From positions 1-57,055 of the forward strand of contig CASEVQ010000004.1 of assembly GCA_949291455.1 (NCBI GenBank): 57,055 nucleotides of DNA, written 5' to 3'. The notes under the pieces are model-generated. The model ran no database searches and was not told the origin of the DNA. It worked only from the letters and a program-made list of their open reading frames with translations. Numbering within the stretch: the first letter of the stretch is position 1; each line of letters begins with the position of its first letter. The stretch comes from an uncultured bacterium. GTDB taxonomy: Bacteria > Bacillota_I > Bacilli_A > RF39 > UBA660. The position numbers and the translations under genes are program-made. Positions 37,397-46,914 of the stretch are shown one piece after another.

Positions 37397-38752
37397 ATGA
37401 ATGATATTATTGTAGCAATTTCAACAGCACTTTCTAAGGGCGCAATTTCAATTGTAAGACTTAGTGGTAATGGATGTATTGAACTTGTTAATTCTTGTTT
37501 TAAAGGTAAAGATTTAACAAAGGTTGATTCACATACAATAAACTATGGTCATATTATTTTTGAAAATAAAATAATTGATGAAGTTTTAGTTTCTATAATG
37601 AAGTCACCAAAAACTTATACTACTGAAGATATTGTAGAGATAAATTGTCATGGCGGGATAGCTACTACTAATAAAATACTTGAAATAATGATTTTAAAAG
37701 GTGCTAGGTTAGCAAGTGCTGGTGAATTTACTAAAAGAGCATATTTAAATGGGAGAATAGATTTAATAAAAGCTGAAGCTGTTATGGATATTATTAATTC
37801 AAAAACAGAAAAAGCAAGAGAAATTTCGATTAGTCAATTAGAGGGAAGACTTTCTAGCATTATTAGAAGTTTTCGTGAAGATTTGTTAAAATTATTAGCA
37901 AATATTGAAGTTAATATTGATTATCCAGAATATGAAGATGCAGAAGTTATTACAATAGAAAATATTAAACAACAAGTTAATATTATGAGAGAGTCACTTA
38001 ATAATATTGTTAAAGAATCTTTATCTAGAAAAATAATCAAAAATGGAATAAATATTGCTATAGTTGGTAAGCCAAATGTTGGGAAAAGTAGTATTTTGAA
38101 TAAAATTTTAGGGGAAAATAAAGCTATCGTTACAGATATTGCTGGAACTACTAGGGATATTGTTGAAGGAAGTATTACTTTAAATGGTATAGCAGTTAAT
38201 TTTATAGATACAGCAGGGATTAGAGAAACTGATGATGTGGTAGAAAAGTTTGGTGTAGAAAAGAGTATAGAACAAATGAATAAAGCAGATCTTGTTGTTC
38301 TAGTATTAAATAATAACGAATTATTGACTCTTGAAGAAAAAAATATTATTAGCAAATTAAAAAATAAGAAATATATAGTAGTTGTTAATAAAAGAGATTT
38401 AAAAAATAATTTAGATTTAAGTGAATTTGAATTAAAAAATGTAATTTATACTGATACAATTAGTATTGATGGTATTGAAAGTTTAAAAAATAAGATTGTT
38501 GAAATGTTTAATTTAGAAGAAATAGAAGAAAATAATTGTGAGATTTTTACTAATGTTAGGCAGATAACTTTAGCAAAAGATGCTTTAAATATTTTAAATG
38601 ATGTTGAAAAAGGCATTGAATTAAATATGCCTGTTGATATGATAGAAATTGATATCAAACAAATATGGACAAAATTAGGTGATATTTTGGGTGAAAATTA
38701 TAGTGAAGAATTAATAGATCAATTGTTTAGTCAATTTTGTTTAGGAAAGTGA
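37397..38752 (+). CDS. mnmE: tRNA modification GTPase MnmE
   Basis: G1 GKPNVGKSS, G3 DTAGIRE and the C-terminal FCLGK tetrapeptide. Confidence 0.95.
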   Translation: MNDIIVAISTALSKGAISIVRLSGNGCIELVNSCFKGKDLTKVDSHTINYGHIIFENKIIDEVLVSIMKSPKTYTTEDIVEINCHGGIATTNKILEIMILKGARLASAGEFTKRAYLNGRIDLIKAEAVMDIINSKTEKAREISISQLEGRLSSIIRSFREDLLKLLANIEVNIDYPEYEDAEVITIENIKQQVNIMRESLNNIVKESLSRKIIKNGINIAIVGKPNVGKSSILNKILGENKAIVTDIAGTTRDIVEGSITLNGIAVNFIDTAGIRETDDVVEKFGVEKSIEQMNKADLVVLVLNNNELLTLEEKNIISKLKNKKYIVVVNKRDLKNNLDLSEFELKNVIYTDTISIDGIESLKNKIVEMFNLEEIEENNCEIFTNVRQITLAKDALNILNDVEKGIELNMPVDMIEIDIKQIWTKLGDILGENYSEELIDQLFSQFCLGK

Positions 38753-38796
38753 TTGTAATTTAATATTATTAAATTAGTTAATGAAAGGAAGTAAAA

Positions 38797-39147
38797 ATGA
38801 AAAATAGTATTTTAAAAAAATCATTAGTATTTATATTAATCGTTGCATTAAGTTTTTTATTGTTTTTTGGTCTTGGAGATTTAGAGAAAACAACTAATGA
38901 ATTAATTTCTTTTGGATTTTTAATTTTTTCTGAGTTGTTGATATTTTTATCTGTTATTTTACCAAGTATAAAGAATAAATCGATTGAAGATTTGTTATCC
39001 GCAAGTGTTTTATATACTTTAATGATGATTATACTTAATTATATTATTAGACCTAGTGTAACTAAAAGTTTAATTGTTTGGAATGTTTCGTTATTTATTA
39101 TTTATTTAATAATTGTAATACTTGTTTGTTTTAAAAAGAAGAAATAA
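38797..39147 (+). CDS. hypothetical small membrane protein (3-4 TM helices)
   Basis: ORF with RBS AAAGGAAG. Hydrophobic helices. Followed by a terminator. No family recognised. Confidence 0.5.
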   Translation: MKNSILKKSLVFILIVALSFLLFFGLGDLEKTTNELISFGFLIFSELLIFLSVILPSIKNKSIEDLLSASVLYTLMMIILNYIIRPSVTKSLIVWNVSLFIIYLIIVILVCFKKKK

Positions 39148-39156
39148 TTTTTTTTG

Positions 39157-39181
39157 AAAGATATTTTATATCTTTTTTTTT
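39157..39181 (+). terminator. rho-independent terminator
   Basis: AAAGATAT-TTT-ATATCTTT followed by a T-run. Confidence 0.6.
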
Positions 39182-39227
39182 AATATTATTTATTATATAA
39201 TACAATAGATTTATTGGAAGTGATATT

Positions 39228-41087
39228 ATGAAATATGATATAATTGTTATAGGTGGAGGACATGCTGGATGTGAAGCTTGTCTTGCTAGTGCTAGGTTAG
39301 GTAAGAAAACAATTTTGATTACTGGTAATAAAGAAAATATTGCAGATATGCCTTGTAATCCTTCAATCGGTGGTCCAGCAAAGGGAATTGTTGTTAGGGA
39401 AATAGATGCTCTTGGTGGAGAGATGGGTAAAAATATTGATAAGAGTTTTTTACAGATGAAGATGCTTAATACAAAAAAAGGACCAGCTGTAAGAGCATTA
39501 CGAGCTCAGGCTGATAAAATTACTTATAAAAAGGAAATGTTAAAAACATTGGAAAATCAAGAAAATTTGGAAATTTTAGAAGCCATGGTCGAAGATTTAA
39601 TTGTTGATGATAAAAAAATTAAAGGTGTTATTCTAGCAGACGGAAAAGAAGTTTTTGGTAATTGCGTTATTATTACTACTGGAACTTATTTAAAAGGTAT
39701 GATTCTTTATGGTTCAACTAAAATTTCAAGTGGTCCTCATGATGAAAAACCTTCACTTTATTTAAGTGATAGTTTAAAAAGATTAGGATTTAATATAAAA
39801 CGTTTAAAAACAGGAACTCCTCCTAGAATTAAAAAATCATCAATTGACTATTCTAAAGCAGTTATTCAGCCTGGTGATGATAAGTTGTATAACTTTTCTT
39901 TTTCAAAAAAAGTGGAATATGATGTTGATAAACAAATTCCATGCTATTTAATTTATACTACTTTAGAAACGCATAAAATAATAAAAGAGAATTTAACAAA
40001 ATCTAGTATGTATGGTGGATATGTTGAAGGAGTTGGTCCTAGATATTGTCCTTCTATCGAAGATAAAATTGTTAAGTTTGCTGATAAAGATAGACATCAA
40101 ATCTTTTTAGAACCAGAAAGCTTATTCTATGATGATATTTATATACAAGGTTTTTCTACTAGTATGCCTCATGATGTACAAGAAAAAATGGTTCATAGCT
40201 TACCAGGTTTAGAGAATGCTGAAATAGTAAAATATGCTTATGCAATCGAGTATGATGCAATAGATTCTAAACAATTAAAGCCTACATTAGAATCTAAATT
40301 AATTGATAATCTTTATACTGCTGGACAAATAAATGGTACTAGTGGATATGAAGAAGCAGCAGGGCAAGGATTAATTGCAGGTATTAATGCTGTTAGAAAA
40401 TTAGATGGTAAAGCTCCTTTAATTCTTTCTAGAAATGAAGCATATATAGGAGTATTAATAGATGATTTAGTTACTAAAGGTGTAATTGATCCTTATCGTT
40501 TACTTACTTCAAGAGCAGAATATAGATTATTATTAAGGCATGATAATGCTGATATAAGGCTTATGAATTATGGTAGAGAAATAGGTCTTATGGACGACGA
40601 AGTTTATGAAAAGTTTAAAAATAAAGTTGCTAATATTGAAGTTTTGACTGAATTATTAAAGAATACTAAGATAACTCCTAAAGCAGATATAAATAATTAT
40701 TTAGAAAGTATTGGTAGTACAATTATTTATGATAGTATTAATTTATATGATTTGTTAAAAAGACCTGAAATAGAATTTTCTAATATTAATAGATTTCTAA
40801 ATAATGAGTTTGATACTGAAGTTATAGAACAGGTAGTTATTAATATAAAATACGAAGGATATATTTCTAAGGAATTAAGAGAAGCTAAAAAAATGTTGGA
40901 ATATGAAAAAATAAAAATTAATGATAATATTGATTATAATAAAGTTCCAAATCTTGCAAAGGAAGCAATTCAAAAACTTAATGAAATAAGACCTATTTCT
41001 ATTGGGCAAGCATTAAGAATTAGCGGAGTAAATCCTTCAGATATTTCTATGTTATTGTTATATTTAAAGAGGAATTATAATGAATAA
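39228..41087 (+). CDS. mnmG: tRNA uridine 5-carboxymethylaminomethyl modification enzyme MnmG
   Basis: FAD motif [23 protein letters not shown] and [14 protein letters not shown]. Confidence 0.97.
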   Translation: MKYDIIVIGGGHAGCEACLASARLGKKTILITGNKENIADMPCNPSIGGPAKGIVVREIDALGGEMGKNIDKSFLQMKMLNTKKGPAVRALRAQADKITYKKEMLKTLENQENLEILEAMVEDLIVDDKKIKGVILADGKEVFGNCVIITTGTYLKGMILYGSTKISSGPHDEKPSLYLSDSLKRLGFNIKRLKTGTPPRIKKSSIDYSKAVIQPGDDKLYNFSFSKKVEYDVDKQIPCYLIYTTLETHKIIKENLTKSSMYGGYVEGVGPRYCPSIEDKIVKFADKDRHQIFLEPESLFYDDIYIQGFSTSMPHDVQEKMVHSLPGLENAEIVKYAYAIEYDAIDSKQLKPTLESKLIDNLYTAGQINGTSGYEEAAGQGLIAGINAVRKLDGKAPLILSRNEAYIGVLIDDLVTKGVIDPYRLLTSRAEYRLLLRHDNADIRLMNYGREIGLMDDEVYEKFKNKVANIEVLTELLKNTKITPKADINNYLESIGSTIIYDSINLYDLLKRPEIEFSNINRFLNNEFDTEVIEQVVINIKYEGYISKELREAKKMLEYEKIKINDNIDYNKVPNLAKEAIQKLNEIRPISIGQALRISGVNPSDISMLLLYLKRNYNE

Positions 41088-41784
41088 AGAAATTTTTATT
41101 AATGAATTAGAAAAATTAAAAATAGAAGTTACTGAAGATAAACTTGATAAATTAGATAAATTTTATAAGTTATTATTAGAGTGGAATGAAAAAATAAACT
41201 TAACAACTATTGTTTCTTGTGAAGAAGTATATTTAAAACATTTTTATGATAGTTTGACATTAATAAAAGCAGTTAATTTAAATGATAATTTAGCTTTATG
41301 TGATGTCGGTAGTGGCGCAGGTTTTCCAGGAATAGTTTTAAAAATATTTTTTCCAAATTTAAGTATAACTCTTATTGATTCGTTAAATAAAAGAGTAATA
41401 TATTTAAATGATGTTATAAAAAAATTAAATCTTAATAATATAAAAACAATACATTCTAGAATGGAAGATTATGCTAGGATAAATGAAGAAAAATTTGATA
41501 TTATTACAGCAAGAGCAGTTGCAAATATTAGAATTCTTACAGAAATATCTGTTAGAGCGTTAAAATTAGAAGGTAATTTAGTTTTTATGAAAGCTAATTG
41601 TGATGAGGAATTAGAAAATATAGAAAATCTTTTAGAAAAGCTTTCGTTGAATTTAGTTGATGTTAAAAAGTTTAAATTACCAATTGAAAACAGTAATAGA
41701 TCTTTGGTTATTTTTAATAAAAAAAATCATACTTCTAGAAAATTTCCACGAACTATTGATAAAATAAAAAGAAATCCATTGTAA
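41080..41784 (+). CDS. rsmG: 16S rRNA (guanine527-N7)-methyltransferase RsmG
   Basis: DVGSGAGFPGIVLKI SAM motif and ITARAVA. Start overlaps the mnmG stop. Confidence 0.95.
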   Translation: MNKEIFINELEKLKIEVTEDKLDKLDKFYKLLLEWNEKINLTTIVSCEEVYLKHFYDSLTLIKAVNLNDNLALCDVGSGAGFPGIVLKIFFPNLSITLIDSLNKRVIYLNDVIKKLNLNNIKTIHSRMEDYARINEEKFDIITARAVANIRILTEISVRALKLEGNLVFMKANCDEELENIENLLEKLSLNLVDVKKFKLPIENSNRSLVIFNKKNHTSRKFPRTIDKIKRNPL

Positions 41785-41797
41785 ATTTGGATTTTTT
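41772..41797 (+). terminator. rho-independent terminator after rsmG
   Basis: AAATCCA-9 nt-TGGATTT followed by TTT. Overlaps the stop codon. Confidence 0.55.
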
Positions 41798-41848
41798 ATT
41801 TTATAATATATTTTAGATAATAGTTCAAAAGAATAGAGGGTGCTTAGT

Positions 41849-43333
41849 ATGGATAATGAGGTTGTATATTTATATTTGGATGATATTATACCTAATAGAT
41901 TTCAACCAAGAGAAGTTTTTGATGATCAAGCTTTAAAAGAATTGGCGATTTCTATAAAAGAACATGGTGTTATTCAGCCAATTATTGTTCGAAAAGTTGA
42001 AAACAAATATGAGATAATAGCAGGAGAGAGAAGATATAAAGCTTCTACTATGGCTGGTCTTACAAAAATTCCAGCTATTGTAAAAAATTTGGATGATAAG
42101 GAAAGCTCTAAAATAGCTCTTATTGAAAATTTACAAAGAAGAGATTTAACTCCAATTGAAGAAGCTAGAACATATCAGAAAATTTTAGAATTAGAACCTG
42201 GTATGACTCAAGAACAATTAGCAGCTACTATGGGAAAAACTCAATCAGTAGTTTCAAATAAGTTAAGACTTTTAGCATTACCAGATGAGATACAAGATGC
42301 TTTGTTAAAAGAAAAAATTTCAGAGAGACATGCGAGAAGTTTATTAAATTTAGTAAATAAGAATGATCAAATAAAAATGTTAGATAAAGTAATTGCAGAA
42401 AGAATGACTGTAAGAGAATTAGATAAGGAAATTAAGGAAATGAACGATAATCAAGGACAAAATTCAGAAAATAGTAATTTAATTAATACAATTGGAAATA
42501 TTAATAATAATTCAAATTCTGTTATAAATAGTAATTTAAATAATAATAGTGTTGGCATTAATTCTGATGTTAATAATCCATTTAATATTAATAATCCATT
42601 TAAGAGTATACCTTCGACAAATGGTTTATTAGATTCTAACAATACTATTAATTCTAATCAGGCAAATTCATTTGTTTCAGATAAAAATTCATTAAATTCT
42701 AATATAAATAATAATGGCTTTATCAATAATAGTATAAGTAATAACAATAATTTTAATAATAATGTGAGTAGTAATAATAATATTAATGGTATACCACCTA
42801 TGCAATCAACAAATACATCTGTTGGTCAATCAAATTTAATCAATCCTACAACTGTTGATATAAATAAAATAAGAGAAAATGCAATGGATATTAATAAGCA
42901 AAATACTTCACCAGTAAATGTTAAAGATTTAATGAGAGATACATCATCAAATTCTAATTTTAAATTTGTTCCTAATGAAAATTCTAATGTTAATAATAAT
43001 AGCTTTGTGCCTAATAATAATCAATCTTCTTTTTTGAATAATTCTTCAACTCAAAAAGAAAATACTAATGGTTCTGGTTCTATTATTAATTTATTTAAAG
43101 AAGTTTCAAAAATGCCAGTTAATAATTTAAATACTGTTAATAATACTTCTTCGGTTCCGACTTTTAATCTTAATGCTTTTAATAATTCAAATAAGAAAGA
43201 TGTTATGCCAGCAATTAATGATATAAAGTCAACAGTTAAGAATATTGAAAATAAGGGTTATAAAGTTTTGATTGAAGAAAATGACACGGATAATTCTTAT
43301 CAGATTGTTATTAAAGTAGATAAAAATATATAA
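41849..43333 (+). CDS. noc: Noc-type ParB-family protein (nucleoid occlusion protein homolog) with a long Asn/Ser-rich insertion
   Basis: IIPNRFQPREVF (Noc-type box I), IAGERRYKA (CTP-binding GERRxRA), HTH GKTQSVVSNKLRLL..ISERHARSL (resembles B. subtilis Noc GKGQSTIANKLRLL..ITERHARAL), and a C-terminal KGYKVLIEENDTDNSYQIVIKVDK (cf. Noc SGVKLNTEEEEFEEYIQLTIRIPK). Position between rsmG and soj is conserved. An in-frame TAG at 41834 precludes a longer N-terminus. Confidence 0.8.
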   Translation: MDNEVVYLYLDDIIPNRFQPREVFDDQALKELAISIKEHGVIQPIIVRKVENKYEIIAGERRYKASTMAGLTKIPAIVKNLDDKESSKIALIENLQRRDLTPIEEARTYQKILELEPGMTQEQLAATMGKTQSVVSNKLRLLALPDEIQDALLKEKISERHARSLLNLVNKNDQIKMLDKVIAERMTVRELDKEIKEMNDNQGQNSENSNLINTIGNINNNSNSVINSNLNNNSVGINSDVNNPFNINNPFKSIPSTNGLLDSNNTINSNQANSFVSDKNSLNSNINNNGFINNSISNNNNFNNNVSSNNNINGIPPMQSTNTSVGQSNLINPTTVDINKIRENAMDINKQNTSPVNVKDLMRDTSSNSNFKFVPNENSNVNNNSFVPNNNQSSFLNNSSTQKENTNGSGSIINLFKEVSKMPVNNLNTVNNTSSVPTFNLNAFNNSNKKDVMPAINDIKSTVKNIENKGYKVLIEENDTDNSYQIVIKVDKNI

Positions 43334-43350
43334 ATTTTAATTAATTAGTA

Positions 43351-43381
43351 AAAAAAGATAGAAATATACTATCTTTTTTTA
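43351..43381 (+). terminator. bidirectional rho-independent terminator after noc
   Basis: AAAAAAGATAG-7 nt-CTATCTTTTTTT. Confidence 0.6.
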
Positions 43382-43450
43382 AAAATGATTTATTAATTTT
43401 ATTTTGTTTGATAAAATAGAAGTACAGAGTTTTAGAAAAGGTGATGTTAG

Positions 43451-44233
43451 ATGGGAAAGATGATTTCTTTAGTTAATCAAAAAGGTGGGGTTGGTAAGAC
43501 TACAACAAGTATAAATCTTTCAGCATCTTTGGCATATTTAGGTAAGAAAGTTTTATTATTAGATTTAGATCCTCAAGGAAATACGACTACTGGCATTGGA
43601 ATGAATAAGGGGGATATTGATAAAACTATTTATGATGTTTTAATTGGAAGATGTGATATTAAAGAGGCAATAATTCATACAAAATATAGAAAATTAGATT
43701 TACTTCCAGCTACTGTTAATTTAAGTGGGTTGGATACGGAGTTTTTTGAAAGAAGTAAGGAAGAACCAAATTTTGTTAAAGGTGCACAGTTAAAAAATAA
43801 AATAGATCCTATAAGAGATGAATATGATTTTATTATTGTTGATTGTCCTCCATCTCTTAGTATTATTACTATTAATGCTTTAACAGCTTCTAATTCAGTT
43901 ATTATTCCTGTACAGTGTGAGTTTTTGGCATTGGAAGGAATTATGCAGTTGTTAAATACTATTATGATGGCACAAAGACAATTAAATCCTAATTTGGATA
44001 TTGAAGGGGTTTTGCTTACAATGCTAGATTCAAGAGCAAATTTAGGATTTGAAGTTGTTGAAGAAATAAGAAAATATTTTAAAGAACGTGTTTATAATAC
44101 TATAATACCTAGGTTAGTGCGATTAGCAGAATGTCCATCACATGGAAAACCTATTATAGCATATGATCCAAAATGTAGGGCAACTGATGCTTATTTAAAT
44201 TTAGCAAAGGAAGTGATTGAGAGAAATGGATAA
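43451..44233 (+). CDS. soj: chromosome partitioning ATPase ParA/Soj
   Basis: Deviant Walker A NQKGGVGKTT. LLDLDPQGN and VDCPPSL. Confidence 0.95.
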   Translation: MGKMISLVNQKGGVGKTTTSINLSASLAYLGKKVLLLDLDPQGNTTTGIGMNKGDIDKTIYDVLIGRCDIKEAIIHTKYRKLDLLPATVNLSGLDTEFFERSKEEPNFVKGAQLKNKIDPIRDEYDFIIVDCPPSLSIITINALTASNSVIIPVQCEFLALEGIMQLLNTIMMAQRQLNPNLDIEGVLLTMLDSRANLGFEVVEEIRKYFKERVYNTIIPRLVRLAECPSHGKPIIAYDPKCRATDAYLNLAKEVIERNG

Positions 44234-45107
44234 TAATTTTAAAAGAAGGGCTTTAGGTAAAGGACTTGAAGAATTATTTAATAATGAGCAATTAGATTTT
44301 AACAGTTTAGAAGAAAAAATAGTAGATACTACACCAAAAGAAGAAATAATTGAAATAGATATAAATGAACTTAGAAGTAATCCATATCAACCAAGAAAAG
44401 TTTTTGATGAAGAAAAATTACAGGAATTAGCAAATTCTATTAAAGAACATGGAATATTTCAACCTATAATAGTAAAAAAAAGCAGTATTAAAGGATATGA
44501 GATAATTGCTGGTGAAAGACGTGTTAAAGCTGCCAATATAGCAGGATTATCTAAAATACCAGCTATCGTACGTGATTTTTCTGACCAACAAATGATGGAA
44601 ATAGCACTTCTTGAAAATTTACAAAGAGAAAATTTAAATGCTATTGAAGAAGCAATGGCTTATAGAAGTTTGATTAATAGTATGCAGATTACGCAAGAAG
44701 TATTAGCTAATCGTTTGGGTAAAAGTAGAAGTCATGTTACTAATATATTAGGTCTTTTAAACCTTCCAGAAGAAGTTAAAGACATGATTGTTGATAATAA
44801 AATATCGATGAGTCATGCTAGAATTCTTAGTAAAATGGAAAAAAAAGAGGAAATTTTAGCATTGGCAAATAAGATTGTTAATGAAAATTTAAATGTTAGA
44901 GAATTAGAAGATGTTTCAAAAGATGAGTCTGTTGCAAAAACTCATAAAATTAATAAGAAAAATAATTCAGAATATTCTTATATTGAAAATATATTGTGTG
45001 AAAAATTAGGAACTAAAGTAAAAATTAATAATAATAAGATAAATATTTCTTTTAGTAATATTAATGATTTAAATAGAATTTTAGAAATATTAAATATAAA
45101 TGAGTGA
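44226..45107 (+). CDS. spo0J: chromosome partitioning protein ParB/Spo0J
   Basis: N-terminal ParA-stimulating peptide ALGKGLEELF. Box I SNPYQPRKVF, IAGERRVKA, and HTH GKSRSHVTNILGLL with the ParB-type Arg. Start overlaps the soj stop. Confidence 0.9.
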   Translation: MDNNFKRRALGKGLEELFNNEQLDFNSLEEKIVDTTPKEEIIEIDINELRSNPYQPRKVFDEEKLQELANSIKEHGIFQPIIVKKSSIKGYEIIAGERRVKAANIAGLSKIPAIVRDFSDQQMMEIALLENLQRENLNAIEEAMAYRSLINSMQITQEVLANRLGKSRSHVTNILGLLNLPEEVKDMIVDNKISMSHARILSKMEKKEEILALANKIVNENLNVRELEDVSKDESVAKTHKINKKNNSEYSYIENILCEKLGTKVKINNNKINISFSNINDLNRILEILNINE

Positions 45108-45297
45108 TTTTATGAATGATAAGAAGTATGATGTTGGTACTGTAGTTACAATGAAAAAGGGGCATCCATGTGGAACAAATGAATGGGAAATAGTTAGAAT
45201 TGGTGCTGATATTAAAATTAAATGTATCAATTGTGGTAGATTAGTTATGATGCCTAGAATAGAGTTTAATAAAAAATTAAAAAAGATTATTAAGTAG
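45100..45297 (+). CDS. DUF951 family protein (YyzM-like)
   Basis: VGTVVTMKKGHPCGTNEWEIVRIGADIKIKCINCGRLVMMPRIEF is the DUF951 signature. Conserved position after spo0J. The start may be the ATG at 45112. Confidence 0.75.
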   Translation: MSDFMNDKKYDVGTVVTMKKGHPCGTNEWEIVRIGADIKIKCINCGRLVMMPRIEFNKKLKKIIK

Positions 45298-45307
45298 GTG
45301 TAATATA

Positions 45308-46903
45308 ATGAGAAAGACAAAAGTTAAATTTAAAAAATTTACATTTCATCCAATTACAACATTTATTTTGTTGACTTTTGGTGTTATGATTTTAAGTTCA
45401 ATATTATCTTTTTTTGAAGTACAGGCAAGTTATTCTACTATTAATTCTACAAGTTTATCACTTGAGAATACTTTAGTTGCTGTTGAAGGATTATTTAATT
45501 TTGAGGGATTTAAATTTTTAATAAGTAATGCTGCAAGAAATTTTGTATCTTTTACACCGTTAAGTACGTTACTTATAGGTCTTATTGGATTATCTGTAGC
45601 ACATGCAAGTGGATTTATTGATACTTTTATAAAAAGAGGTACTTTAAATTTAAATAATAGAACTATTACTTTTATTTTAATTTTTATAGCGACATTATCA
45701 AGTATAATAAATGAAGTCGGATATGTTATTTTAATACCTTTATCTGCCCTTATATTTTTGGCAAATGGTAGAAATCCTTTATTAGGAATTACTGCAAGTT
45801 TTTGTGGAGTTGCTTTTGGATATGGTGCTACGATGTTTGCAGGATCTACTGAGATTAATTTAGTTCCTATTACTTCAGAAGCGGCATTGTTAATTGATGG
45901 AACTTTTCATGTAGGAATGCTTTCTAATTTAATAGCAATAATTATAGCTTCTATTGTTTTATCAATTGTTGGTACGTTTATCGTAGAAGAAATTATTATT
46001 AAAAAAATAGGAAAGTATAGAAATTCTGATTCGGTTATTAATTCTGAAACCAAAGAAATCAAATTAGAAAATGTCGAATTAGAAGAACAAAAGCGTTTAG
46101 AAATAGAGACAAGAGAAAAAAAAGGTTTAAAAAATGCTTTTATAGCTTTTATGGTTATAATTTTATTATTTATGTATATGATTATACCTGGGTTGCCTGG
46201 GTCAGGTTTGCTTTTAGATATGAATGAGTCTGCTTATATTAATCAACTATTTGGTGTTAATTCTTATTTTCAAGATGGTTTTACTTATTTAGTATCAATT
46301 TTATTTTTAGTTATGGGAATTGCTTATGCTATAGGGGCAAAAAGTATAAAAAATGATAAAGAATTAATAGAAAAATCTTCTTTTTATTTAAAAGATGTCG
46401 GTTATTTAGTTGTTCTTATATTTTTTGCAGCACAGTTTATAGCTGTATTTAAGAAAACAAATATTGGTACAATAATTGTTGCTTGGATATCTAATTTAAT
46501 TAAGGATTTACCGTTTACAGGATTACCACTTATTGTCACAATTTTAATTTTAATTGCTTTTTGTAGTTTGTTTATTGCTACTCAATCAGCTAAGTGGACT
46601 ATTTTGGCTCCTGTTGTTGTTCCTCTTATGATGCAAGCTAATATTTCACCACAATTTGCTCAATTTATATATCGTGCAGGTGATTCAATGACTAAGGGCT
46701 TTACTCCAATACTTGCGTATTTTGTTATATATTTGGGTTATTTAAATATTTATAATACTGAAAAAGAACCAATTACTATTAAAAAAGCCTTGTCTTTTGT
46801 ATCTCCTTATTGTTTAATAATAAGTATTACTTGGATTTTGATTGTTGTTCTAATGTATATAGTGGGATTACCAATTGGCCCAGGTGTTTATCCTAGTTTA
46901 TAA
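45308..46903 (+). CDS. AbgT family (p-aminobenzoyl-glutamate type) transporter
   Basis: 531 aa, polytopic. Regions resemble E. coli AbgT as recalled: FHPITTFILL.., VEGLFNF..NFVSFTPL, IPLSALIFLANGRNPLLGI, and the C-terminal VGLPIGPGVY. Confidence 0.7.
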   Translation: MRKTKVKFKKFTFHPITTFILLTFGVMILSSILSFFEVQASYSTINSTSLSLENTLVAVEGLFNFEGFKFLISNAARNFVSFTPLSTLLIGLIGLSVAHASGFIDTFIKRGTLNLNNRTITFILIFIATLSSIINEVGYVILIPLSALIFLANGRNPLLGITASFCGVAFGYGATMFAGSTEINLVPITSEAALLIDGTFHVGMLSNLIAIIIASIVLSIVGTFIVEEIIIKKIGKYRNSDSVINSETKEIKLENVELEEQKRLEIETREKKGLKNAFIAFMVIILLFMYMIIPGLPGSGLLLDMNESAYINQLFGVNSYFQDGFTYLVSILFLVMGIAYAIGAKSIKNDKELIEKSSFYLKDVGYLVVLIFFAAQFIAVFKKTNIGTIIVAWISNLIKDLPFTGLPLIVTILILIAFCSLFIATQSAKWTILAPVVVPLMMQANISPQFAQFIYRAGDSMTKGFTPILAYFVIYLGYLNIYNTEKEPITIKKALSFVSPYCLIISITWILIVVLMYIVGLPIGPGVYPSL

Positions 46904-46914
46904 GGAGGTTTTTT

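Noticed and set aside
10545-38658. Numerous 60-144 aa ORFs lie antisense to or nested in large genes. Examples: 10545..10862, 14740..15126, 18814..19065, 29998..30342, 33093..33329, 37921..38355 and 38446..38658.
   Set aside because: Each lies entirely within a well-supported conserved gene on the opposite strand and has low-complexity hydrophobic composition. This is expected noise in a very AT-rich genome.
38756-38776. A 21-bp A/T-only palindrome TAATTTAATATTATTAAATTA lies after mnmE.
   Set aside because: An A/T-only hairpin of negligible stability in an AT-rich spacer, with no following T-tract. Not distinguishable from background.
42440-43195. The Asn/Ser-rich stretch in noc could be an insertion element, a frameshift artefact or a separate gene.
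   Set aside because: The frame is open and continuous from the Noc HTH into a recognisable Noc-type C-terminal domain. There are no repeats typical of IS ends and no internal RBS or start signals.
45185-45192. An isolated NBS half-site GGGAAATA lies in the DUF951 gene. CACGTG cores occur in jag (37206-37211), rpmH, gyrA and gyrB.
   Set aside because: The flanking bases do not complete either 16-bp palindrome; the best is about 10-11 of 16 matches. These are chance occurrences.
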